Shown here piece after piece: positions 7,772 to 15,744 of a stretch of 50,202 bases of DNA (position 1 is the first letter of the stretch; every line of letters begins with the position of its first letter). Below the pieces are notes generated by a model. It saw only the letters and a list, made by a program, of their open reading frames with translations, was not told where the DNA came from and did not search any database. The translations under genes and the position numbers were made by a program. Source of the DNA: a virus (lineage: Duplodnaviria; Caudoviricetes); the IMG/VR virus record IMGVR_UViG_3300049846_002441, positions 1 to 50,202 of that record; one strand, 5' to 3'.

Positions 7772-8743
7772 TCAGTAAGCCTTCAAAGTCTCAGGGTTGT
7801 TGCCGACGCCGAAGATGCGCCGCGCGTAATCTTCACCAACACGCCCCGGTGAGCCGAAGTCGCCGCGATCCTTCCGCTCCTCCAGTGCCATCTCAATGCC
7901 GCGCGGCAGATCGATCTCGGCGCCGCGCTCGTACGCCGGCCAGTTGTCGGCGGTCAGACACGCGAAGAAATCGCGGATCATCGCGCGCCAAACAATCAAA
8001 CCCCAATCGAGCGTTATGACCGACGGTGTGACGATGTTCACAAGATGTGGTGGTGCGTTTTCTTGGCAGATCCACGCGAAGTCGTGCGGCGGCGCACCCT
8101 CAACGCGCGTGATGATATCGAGTTGCGACGCGGCTTGAATGAACCACCCGCCGTCGTGCACCTTCATCGCGATCGAGCGCGGGTGTACAGATCCGCTCGT
8201 GGTTTTGTAGTCGCGCACGCACACTTTGTCGTCGATCCTGATGCGCACGTCCGGCCGCGATTTCAACCAAATGCCCGTGTCCTCGTCTTTCACGAAATAC
8301 GAGAGCTCGTTTTGACCTTCTGTTGTCAGCCGGTGGCACTCATCATCTGCCCAAAGGGCGTCGCGCATCACCAGAACGCGCGCCATTTGATCCGGTGTGA
8401 GACAAACGGCGCCGGACTCCCTCGCCTCATTCCTAAGATATCTTTTGCGAGCGGCAGGCGTATTCTTGTCGACCGCAACAACGAGGCCTTGCCAGTTCTC
8501 CTCAAGAGCCGCCGCATGTGCGGCGGTGCCGAGATCGAAGCGCGTTACGCTATCGGAGGGGCGATCCGGGTTCAGGTACGAGTCGAACCACATCACGCGC
8601 GGGCACTCTTGGTAAAGCGCGATCGCCATCGAGGCGCTGAACGAAGGCCCATCAGCGCAATCGGCGTGATACCAGTCGTTCGGCATCTCGTAGACGCCGG
8701 GTTCGGTGATTTTCTCGCCGTAGCGGATTTTGGTGATTTTCAT
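7772..8743 (-). CDS. PD-(D/E)XK exonuclease VIII/RecE-like (DUF3799)
   Basis: PGVYEMPNDWYHAD, FSAS, LGTAAH, NELS, KSRPD, RDYKTT, QAA. The track start at 9517 is antisense to the GapR-like gene. Confidence 0.88.
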   Translation of the reverse strand: MKITKIRYGEKITEPGVYEMPNDWYHADCADGPSFSASMAIALYQECPRVMWFDSYLNPDRPSDSVTRFDLGTAAHAAALEENWQGLVVAVDKNTPAARKRYLRNEARESGAVCLTPDQMARVLVMRDALWADDECHRLTTEGQNELSYFVKDEDTGIWLKSRPDVRIRIDDKVCVRDYKTTSGSVHPRSIAMKVHDGGWFIQAASQLDIITRVEGAPPHDFAWICQENAPPHLVNIVTPSVITLDWGLIVWRAMIRDFFACLTADNWPAYERGAEIDLPRGIEMALEERKDRGDFGSPGRVGEDYARRIFGVGNNPETLKAY

Positions 8744-8813
8744 TGGTTCGTCTCGTTGCACAGACAGTTCTACGCCTTCAAAACAAAATCGCAACAAAAA
8801 AGCATCGGGGCAA

Positions 8814-8842
8814 TTGCAAATTTCCTCGTTAACAAATATGAA
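8814..8842 (+). promoter_or_regulatory. Putative sigma70-type rightward promoter at the main divergence point
   Basis: TTGCAA-17 nt-TATGAA; the spacer holds GTTAAC. Confidence 0.5.
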
Positions 8843-8846
8843 CGAT

Positions 8847-8926
8847 CTGCCGCTTTCGGGCGGCAGCTTCCTCTCGTTGCAGGACGAAGCGCAGGCGGCG
8901 GGGCCTCTCTCCGGCGCTCCGCCGCC
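8847..8926 (+). ncRNA. Putative three-hairpin leader/antisense RNA
   Basis: Hairpin 8847-8866 (UUCG loop), seed CUUCCUCUCGUUGCAGG 8867-8883, 11-bp stem 8894-8926 with CUCUCUCC loop. Confidence 0.5.
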
Positions 8927-8950
8927 ACACAAACCCTGAAAGGAGTAAAT

Positions 8951-9520
8951 ATGGCCCGAAGAAAAAATCCCCGAACGGACCCGAATGAGACTGAGGCCGA
9001 CGAGGCCGAGCAGGCGCGCTCGAACCAGCCCGGCAAGCGCGACCTGGCGCACCACCTCAAGGAAATCTCCGCCGCGAAGCAGCGCAAGGCCGACGCGGAT
9101 ATGGCGCTGGCGTCGAAATACTCTGCCGCGGAGGAGTGCGGGCTCGACAAGAAGGCGATCAAGCACCTGCTGAAGCTCCGCGACCAGGACAGCGAAAAGT
9201 CGAAGGCGGAATTCCAGACCCTCATCAAATACCTGCAGTGGATGGATATGCCGATTGGCGCGCAGTTGCACTTCTTCGACGATCCGACAAAGTCGCCGGA
9301 AGAAACCGCGATCGCGGAGGGTCGCCAGGCCGGCAAAGAGGGCGCGTCGGCGAACACGAACCCTTATCCGGAAGGCTCGAAGTTGTACCCTCGCTGGGAA
9401 GAGGGTCGAATGCTCGGCCAGGCAGATCTGGTGAACGGCGCCGGTAAGGTGACACCCATCGCCGCCGGGAAGAAAAAGCGCGGCCGGCCCCCGAAGGGCC
9501 AGCTGGCGGAACTGCATTGA
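8951..9520 (+). CDS. GapR (DUF2312)-like DNA-binding domain fused to an Rmf/CrpP-like C-terminus
   Basis: AAGGAG SD; KYSAAEECGLDKKAIKHLLKLRDQD...IKYL (GapR-like); EGRQAGKEG..NPY..WEEG (Rmf-like); basic tail KKKRGRPPK. Confidence 0.75.
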   Translation: MARRKNPRTDPNETEADEAEQARSNQPGKRDLAHHLKEISAAKQRKADADMALASKYSAAEECGLDKKAIKHLLKLRDQDSEKSKAEFQTLIKYLQWMDMPIGAQLHFFDDPTKSPEETAIAEGRQAGKEGASANTNPYPEGSKLYPRWEEGRMLGQADLVNGAGKVTPIAAGKKKRGRPPKGQLAELH

Positions 9521-10086
9521 TTTCGCTCGGCTTAGACCTTTCGTCTCACTCGGGGTGGGCCACGTGCGCCGGTGACGGCACCAGGCCCACCTCTGGCGTT
9601 TGGGATCTGCCGTGGACTGGTGAGATCCGGCGCATGTCGGCCATGCTGCTGAGGCTCGACACGCTTTTGACGCAAATGATCCGGGCTCGCGAAATCAAGA
9701 TCTGCGCGATCGAGGAGCCGTTTCAGTCCTTCGGTGCGAAGAATGCGAAAACCCAGCTTATGCTCTGGAATCTGTGCGGAACGGCGCAGGCTGTGTGTGC
9801 ACGCGAGGGCGTCGACTATCTGATCGTGCAGCCAGCGCGGTGGCGAACGGTGTTTCTGCCGCACGCAAACTGCAAAGGCGACGAATGGAAGCGCGCCGCG
9901 GAGCGGCGGTGCCAGGATCTCGGGTGGCCAGCGACCGATCACAACGCGGCCGAGGCCTGTGGAATTTGGGCCTGGCTCAAATCCGGAAACGAGTCTGGCT
10001 GGCAGGCCAAAGTTCTCGGGGCTGAGAAAATGGCGCTTCCGAAGGCAACGCAGAAATTCTTCGAAAAGCGCGCCAGATTGGGGTAA
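9517..10086 (+). CDS. RuvC-like Holliday junction resolvase
   Basis: LGLDLS..SGW, AIEEP, WRTVF, DHNAAEACGIW. Confidence 0.82.
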   Translation: MISLGLDLSSHSGWATCAGDGTRPTSGVWDLPWTGEIRRMSAMLLRLDTLLTQMIRAREIKICAIEEPFQSFGAKNAKTQLMLWNLCGTAQAVCAREGVDYLIVQPARWRTVFLPHANCKGDEWKRAAERRCQDLGWPATDHNAAEACGIWAWLKSGNESGWQAKVLGAEKMALPKATQKFFEKRARLG

Positions 10087-10141
10087 TTGCGCTTTTGCGC
10101 AAAAGCGGTATTCTCCGACACGATCGTGAGGGAGACATCAC

Positions 10142-10432
10142 ATGCCGCGCATGAATCTTGGATTGGGCGTCAAAGTAACGACGGATTGGGTGCCGTGCTC
10201 GCGCGGAACGTATGTCTGGACCGGCAATGGTGGTACGTGGAATGGCGCAACCGCGCAGCTGCAGACAAAAAGCATAGACGGGTCGACGGCGGTCAACGTG
10301 CCGGGAGCCGCGCTGAACGCGGACGGACAGTGGACAGTCGACATCGGGGATGATGCGGAAGTGCGCATTGCCATCTCTGGTGGCCCCCCAACCGGCGCCG
10401 GCCTATCTTTCTCTTTGGCGCGCATTCTATAA
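10142..10432 (+). CDS. Small beta-rich probable virion protein
   Basis: GGGAG SD; GTWNGATAQLQ..DG motif; precedes the fibre-like gene. Confidence 0.6.
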   Translation: MPRMNLGLGVKVTTDWVPCSRGTYVWTGNGGTWNGATAQLQTKSIDGSTAVNVPGAALNADGQWTVDIGDDAEVRIAISGGPPTGAGLSFSLARIL

Positions 10433-11806
10433 ATGTCCGCCGCATCCCCGAGGCCCCCCGCGCGCGGCAGCGCCCGCCCGACAATCCACCCGCCATGTTC
10501 TGGGGTGCGGGATTTTGAAGACGGCATCCACTATGATGCAAGCGTAAACGCCGGGGGTGGCGGCTTTATGTCGACCAAAGTCCCGGGGGCCGCCGCGCGC
10601 GTCGGCGCCCTGACGGATTTCTTCACTTTCACCGGCGACAACAAGTCCTACTATCGCGGCTCGGCCGGGCTACTCATTCCATCAATCACGAACACCCCGC
10701 GCATCGAGTACGACGCTGCTGGGGGCGTTTTTGGGTTGTTGATCGAAGGGTCGAGAACGAACTCGCTTTTGCAAAGTGAGGATTTTTCAACCACCTGGAC
10801 GACTACAAACGCCGCTGTGGCGCCAAACCAAACCGCGGCACCGGACGGCGCGACAACGGCCGACCGGCTAACCGAAGATGCGACCGCCGCCACCAACCAC
10901 TACGTCACGCAGGGCGTCTCAAAAGCAGCGGCGGCCATCCAATACACAGCAAGTGTGTGGCTGAAAAACGAAACCAAGGGCTTCGCGCACCTTCGGATAG
11001 CCAACGGCGCCTTGACAAACGGCGCCGGCATCGGCGTCAACCTCTCGACGGGGGCGCTTGGGGGTGTATACACGTTCGGCGGCAGCCCATTCACCGGCGC
11101 ATCTGCCAGCGTCGTTACGTATGCAAACGGCTGGTACAGGGTCATACTTACAGCGACGTCGGAGGCGGCGAGCACTACCCTAGCGACGCAAATCTTGCTG
11201 GCAACAGGCACGAGCTCCGGTGATGTGACGTTCAACGGCGACGGCTCATCGAGCATATTCATGTGGGGCGCGCAACTCGAAACGCCGGTTGCGTTTGCAT
11301 CGTCTTACATTCGCACCACAACGGTGAGCGTGACGAGGGCCGCCGACATCTGCACGCGGGCGTTTGGGGGCGAGGTCAGCCAGACGTCAGGGACGATATT
11401 TGTTCGGGGGCGGTGCGGCGTGAACGTATCGGGCGCCGACTACGCCATGGTTGAGATTGACGACGGTACAAACAACGAGCGCATAAGCACGCAGCGCTTC
11501 GGCGGTGGTGCGAACTATCGCTTTCAGATCAATGACGGTGGCGTCTCGCAGGGGGTTTTGACCAGCGGAACCCTTGCCGATCTGACTGAGTTTAGGCTCG
11601 CTGCGTCGTATGCCGCCAATGACCTGGCGTCGGTCTTAAACGCAAGCGCCCTGCAAACTGACGCGAGCGCGACACTACCGACCGTCACGACGATGCGCAT
11701 TGGGACGCGCTTTGGTGGTGGCGATCCGTTTTTCGGCCACATCCGCTCTATTGATTACTGGCCAGAGCGAAAATCCAATGGATTCCTCCAGCAACGTGCG
11801 GCGTGA
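10433..11806 (+). CDS. Head-spike/fibre-domain virion protein
   Basis: PRIEYD..GLLIEGSRTNSLLQSEDF, APDGATTAD, NGWYR, WGAQLE..ASSYIRTT..TRAAD. Confidence 0.8.
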   Translation: MSAASPRPPARGSARPTIHPPCSGVRDFEDGIHYDASVNAGGGGFMSTKVPGAAARVGALTDFFTFTGDNKSYYRGSAGLLIPSITNTPRIEYDAAGGVFGLLIEGSRTNSLLQSEDFSTTWTTTNAAVAPNQTAAPDGATTADRLTEDATAATNHYVTQGVSKAAAAIQYTASVWLKNETKGFAHLRIANGALTNGAGIGVNLSTGALGGVYTFGGSPFTGASASVVTYANGWYRVILTATSEAASTTLATQILLATGTSSGDVTFNGDGSSSIFMWGAQLETPVAFASSYIRTTTVSVTRAADICTRAFGGEVSQTSGTIFVRGRCGVNVSGADYAMVEIDDGTNNERISTQRFGGGANYRFQINDGGVSQGVLTSGTLADLTEFRLAASYAANDLASVLNASALQTDASATLPTVTTMRIGTRFGGGDPFFGHIRSIDYWPERKSNGFLQQRAA

Positions 11807-11817
11807 TAGGTGACGTG

Positions 11818-12174
11818 ATGAAGATGGTTTCCTTGAAACTCAGCGACGAAGGTCGTGAAGAAATGTACGGCGTCGCCGGTGCGGCCCCAAAAGGCTCCGG
11901 CCCTCAATATCCGTGGGGCACATCGATCGAGCTCCGCGGCGAAACGCTCGACGCGCTCGGCATCGAAATCGGAGATGTGGAGATCGATCAAGAGTTCACG
12001 ATCAAAGCAACGTGCTGCGTCACGCGACTTTCCTCAAGTGAGAGTTCGGACGGCGAGCCGCGCCAGGAAATGTCCTTGCAAATCAAGGAAATGGCTGTGG
12101 TGCCCGCGGGAGCGTCGATGGAAGACTCGGTGAAGAAGATCTTGGCGCGCCGCTTCAAGGGTGAGAGCGAGTGA
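11818..12174 (+). CDS. Capsid staple (epsilon15 gp10-like) protein
   Basis: YPWGTSIEL..ETLDALG...SLQIKEMAV. Confidence 0.72.
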   Translation: MKMVSLKLSDEGREEMYGVAGAAPKGSGPQYPWGTSIELRGETLDALGIEIGDVEIDQEFTIKATCCVTRLSSSESSDGEPRQEMSLQIKEMAVVPAGASMEDSVKKILARRFKGESE

Positions 12175-12497
12175 TCCTGCGCTGGACCGCGCGGGGGTTT
12201 GTTTGGTCGCTCGGCGACGAGTGGGGGGAAAACGGGCCCTTCGCGAGCTATCGCGAGGCCATTGACGACTACGAGATTTACCGGCAATCTCAAGACGCGG
12301 CTGTCAGCGCGAACTCCGGCCGCGAGCAAGCGCCGCCCCCCAGCGAGCGCCTGCAGGCGCCGATGGGCCCCAAAGCGTCGGCGCCACTTTCATTTCTTGA
12401 TTTTCCGCTGAGAAGCCAACCTTACGATGTCGTCGATCTCTATGGCGACCGTAGCCACATCACGATCTACCCGCGGTTCTCAATGACCAGAGAATGA
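12171..12497 (+). CDS. Hypothetical protein
   Basis: GTGA overlap; GPFASYREA motif. Confidence 0.6.
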   Translation: MILRWTARGFVWSLGDEWGENGPFASYREAIDDYEIYRQSQDAAVSANSGREQAPPPSERLQAPMGPKASAPLSFLDFPLRSQPYDVVDLYGDRSHITIYPRFSMTRE

Positions 12498-12501
12498 AAC
12501 T

Positions 12502-13131
12502 ATGACCTGGCCATTCGACCCGCACCCACCGCTTTCGTATGACGTGATCTTGGCCGACCCGCCGTGGCACTTCGAAAACTACTCGGCGAAGGGTGAACGC
12601 AAGGGTGCGCGGCGACACTACGCCACGCTTGGCTTCGATGAGATCGCCGCAATGCCCGTGTCAAAGCTCGGCCGCGGCGACTGCATCCTCTTCATGTGGT
12701 GTTGCTGGCCGACGCTGCCGCAAGCCGTTGATGTTTTGGAGAGATGGGGCTTTCGGTATGTGACCGGCGGCGCGTGGCACAAGCGAACTTCGACCGGGAA
12801 ATCGGCCTTCGGGACCGGCTATGTGATGCGATCGGCGACTGAGCCGTATCTCATCGGCACGCTCGGAAATCCAAAAACCGTTCGCGACGTACGAAACGTG
12901 ATTGAAACTTCCGACGCGTCTGTGATAGACGCAGAGCGACGAGAGCATTCGCGCAAGCCGGAGGTGCAATATGAAACCTTAGAGCGAATGTTCCCCGCCG
13001 CCCTCCGCCGCATCGAGCTTTTCGCTCGAAATCAGCGACCAAAATGGGATGCGTGGGGGAACGAAACCAAGAAATTCGGCGCAGCGCCGAATGAAGTGCC
13101 TGCAACCAAGCAACGAAAGGACGCAGCATGA
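12502..13131 (+). CDS. MT-A70 family adenine methyltransferase
   Basis: VILADPPW, LFMW, WGFRY, GTGYVMRSATE, EHSRKP, IELFAR, WGNE. Confidence 0.93.
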   Translation: MTWPFDPHPPLSYDVILADPPWHFENYSAKGERKGARRHYATLGFDEIAAMPVSKLGRGDCILFMWCCWPTLPQAVDVLERWGFRYVTGGAWHKRTSTGKSAFGTGYVMRSATEPYLIGTLGNPKTVRDVRNVIETSDASVIDAERREHSRKPEVQYETLERMFPAALRRIELFARNQRPKWDAWGNETKKFGAAPNEVPATKQRKDAA

Positions 13132-13853
13132 AAAACACCTTTATGTTCCTCGCCTATCTGTCGATCGCGCTCGTAGCGCCGGGCTATGCCGACAGCGACC
13201 ACTCGAACAACTGCAACGGAAACAACTCGTGCCCGACGACCGTGCAGGACAACGACACGCTCACCGCGTCGGCATCCGCCACAGCTTCGCCGATCACGAC
13301 GAACGTCAACACCGCAGTTGGCGGTGCGGGCGGTGCCGGTGGGGCGGGCGGCAAAGGCGGCGAGGCCAACAACCTCAACGTGATCTCGAACACCGCGAAG
13401 ATCGAGAGGGGCGCCGTCGACGTCGACATCGAGACGCGCAATCTCAACAACAACTTCAACCTGACTCACGTCGGCGTCGAGAGTACGAACAAACAAAAAC
13501 AGCAACAAGGCCAGATCCAAGGCCAGCAGCAAAGTCAGGGCATCAGCGAATCCGGCAACTCGTCGATCGTCTGGAACGAGCGCCGGCAGACCGCGTCGGC
13601 CTATGCGGCGGGCGCAGGAATCGCAAGCGACTCGTGCGGCACTGGTGTTGGCGCTGGTGGTCAGGGCCCGGCGTTCGGGTTTTCGTTCAACTTCGCGCGC
13701 GACGATCGCACGTGTGAGCGCATCAAGCTCGCGCGCGAATTGCGGGCCAGCGGCTTTCCCGGCGCCGCGCTGCGCCTCCTTTGCCGTGACGAAGAGGTCG
13801 CTGAAGATCTGATTTGCAAGGCGACGGCCGAGACGGCCCCTCCGTCCGAATAG
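13128..13853 (+). CDS. Secreted Gly/Gln/Asn-rich protein with Cys-containing C-terminal domain
   Basis: Signal peptide MKNTFMFLAYLSIALVAPGYA; DSCG...CERIKLAREL...LLCRD. Confidence 0.75.
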   Translation: MKNTFMFLAYLSIALVAPGYADSDHSNNCNGNNSCPTTVQDNDTLTASASATASPITTNVNTAVGGAGGAGGAGGKGGEANNLNVISNTAKIERGAVDVDIETRNLNNNFNLTHVGVESTNKQKQQQGQIQGQQQSQGISESGNSSIVWNERRQTASAYAAGAGIASDSCGTGVGAGGQGPAFGFSFNFARDDRTCERIKLARELRASGFPGAALRLLCRDEEVAEDLICKATAETAPPSE

Positions 13854-13961
13854 CGTTAGGGTTGCGCGGTTCATTGCCCCGCGCAACCCTCCCCGACGGC
13901 GGGTTTCCATCGCCCCGCCGTCGGGCCCTGGTGGCGATGGAGATTTTTCAGGGCGCGGGCC

Positions 13962-14264
13962 ATGCAATTGTCGCTGATGACTCCGAGAGAGCGTTATTTG
14001 GAAATCATCGAGCGGGCGGCGAGGCGACAGGGTATAAGGGCTGAAGACGTCCTTAGGCGAAACCGCGAACACACCGCGATCGCGGCGCAGACAGAGGCGA
14101 TGCGCGAGATCTGGGCGGTAAATCCCCACATGACGGTTGTCCGCATGGCGCAGATTCTCAGGCGCACACCATCCTCGGTTTGTGAGGCGATGAAGCGCGC
14201 CGGGATACCGCCACGCACAAAGCGCGCGGGGGTGCCGCGGCAAGTAGTGGGCGCGGCCGAATGA
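13962..14264 (+). CDS. HTH protein, DnaA C-terminal-like
   Basis: AQTEAMREIW...MTVVRMAQILRRTPSSVCEAM. Confidence 0.65.
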   Translation: MQLSLMTPRERYLEIIERAARRQGIRAEDVLRRNREHTAIAAQTEAMREIWAVNPHMTVVRMAQILRRTPSSVCEAMKRAGIPPRTKRAGVPRQVVGAAE

Positions 14265-14800
14265 GCCTCGATCTTTTTCCAGACCTCCCAACAAAGCGCT
14301 CGCGCGATTTAGACGCTGAGTTCGAGCAGGTTTGGAGGGCCTTGCCGCGTCGCAAGATCGATCCGAAGATGGAGGCCCGGCAGGCGTTCTACGCGCACTT
14401 CAAAGCGGGAACGTTGCCGCCGCTCGAGGTCATCCTTCTCGCGGCCAAACGCTATTCGGCACATCAACGCAAAGAAAAGACGGCAGACAAGTTCTTGCCG
14501 CACACACGCAAGATCATCCGTAATAGCTTTTGGGTGGACTGGAACGGGGATGAAGCTCTATCCGCGCGCTCCGCCCCCGTCGCCGATTGGGCGGACGGGC
14601 ACCCTAAGTGGAGTGCGTTCAAGCAGTGGTACGTCGGGATCCACGGCCTGGATGAGTGGCGCAAAATGTTCTGGGGCAGCAAGCTCGAGGGTGACTACAC
14701 GGTGGTGGTCCCATCTTCGCGCGACGCTCAGCTAATCGACATCAAATGCGGTCGACATTTACCCAAATTTTTCGATCGCGAGATTCGTATTCAATACTAG
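14261..14800 (+). CDS. Putative replication-initiation protein
   Basis: FEQVWRALPRRK..PK.EARQAF resembles the F..FW..YP.K motif of phage replisome organisers; no N-terminal HTH. Confidence 0.5.
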   Translation: MSLDLFPDLPTKRSRDLDAEFEQVWRALPRRKIDPKMEARQAFYAHFKAGTLPPLEVILLAAKRYSAHQRKEKTADKFLPHTRKIIRNSFWVDWNGDEALSARSAPVADWADGHPKWSAFKQWYVGIHGLDEWRKMFWGSKLEGDYTVVVPSSRDAQLIDIKCGRHLPKFFDREIRIQY

Positions 14801-14830
14801 ATCTGTTGCGCCCACACTGGACGGGATATC

Positions 14831-15034
14831 AAGCCGGTGGCGTTGTGGGTGATGATGGGCTACCACGGGAACCAACCCAGCCCAAACGTGCTTCGAAAGC
14901 TCCGAACGTGGTTGGCAGGCTGTTACAGAGCCTGGAGAGTAGGGAGTGAGCCGAGGGGTGTAACCCGCCGCCGGCCTCCGGAACTGCCCACCGAATACGG
15001 GCGCGGAGAGGGAAGTCTCGCCACGCTTCTTTTT
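14831..15034 (+). ncRNA. Putative multi-stem structured RNA
   Basis: Outer stem AAGC..GTGGCG / CGCCAC-GCTT encloses several hairpins; followed by a T run. Confidence 0.4.
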
Positions 15035-15075
15035 GAAGCTGGTGGGATTTCCTTCTCGTCAGCAGTGTTCAAGAA

Positions 15076-15088
15076 TATCAATGAATTA
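15076..15088. promoter_or_regulatory. IHF consensus site
   Basis: TATCAATGAATTA matches WATCAANNNNTTR exactly, in an AT-rich intergenic stretch. Confidence 0.5.
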
Positions 15089-15169
15089 GGGAAGTGGTTC
15101 TAGCCCTGGGACTCTCAGAACTGTGTATACGCGCGCGAGAAGAAAATTTCGTCGATTTTTCGAAATTTC

Positions 15170-15586
15170 GTGCGATACTTCGCGCTCAACAGAAACGGGA
15201 GTGTGGTGATGTCCTGCGAGCAGCATGTGGTTGTTGGTATTGGCGCCGAGCGCTACGAGTGGGTGGAGTTGGCCGGTAGTGTGACCGTTCCGGAAAATCA
15301 CCCCGACGTGTGGCCGGCGCAGATCATGATCGACCGCGAGTTCGAGCGCACACTGGACGAACGGCCATGGAGCAACCTGTACGGCATGGACCGATTGCTC
15401 GAGTACTTCGCGGGCGAGTCTTGTCCGACCGCGCCTCGCGCCCCGAAAAAGGCAGATGTACCCTGGTGCGAGCGCTCGCACACACCGCGCGGCAAGCCGA
15501 CAGTGCACGAAGGGCCGGCGCACGGACTGCGCCCAAATGCCGAGCCGGTGATGAGCACTATCGCGTGGCGCGATCGCGATGCTTGA
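15170..15586 (+). CDS. Hypothetical protein (start uncertain)
   Basis: Co-oriented ORF with plausible composition. Confidence 0.55.
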   Translation: MRYFALNRNGSVVMSCEQHVVVGIGAERYEWVELAGSVTVPENHPDVWPAQIMIDREFERTLDERPWSNLYGMDRLLEYFAGESCPTAPRAPKKADVPWCERSHTPRGKPTVHEGPAHGLRPNAEPVMSTIAWRDRDA

Positions 15587-15642
15587 CAGGCACCACCCTA
15601 ACACATAGTACTGGCTCTCCACAGGTGCTAACGGCCCGCCGA

Positions 15643-15681
15643 GGCCCGGATCGCTGAAAAGCGGCCCGGGCCCTTTCATTT
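15643..15681 (+). terminator. Intrinsic terminator-like hairpin
   Basis: GGCCCGGATCGCT-GAAA-AGCGGCCCGGGCC then CTTTCATTT. Confidence 0.65.
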
Positions 15682-15744
15682 GCAAGCCCGCCCGCTTTGC
15701 GTTAAGGATGGTTAAATCCAGCGCTAAGAGGAGAGGGTTTTTCC

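Noticed and set aside
8744-9517. 581-aa minus ORF and 491-aa plus ORF (8045..9520) as full-length genes
   Set aside because: They are antisense extensions; recognisable domains and SDs begin at 8743 (minus) and 8951 (plus).
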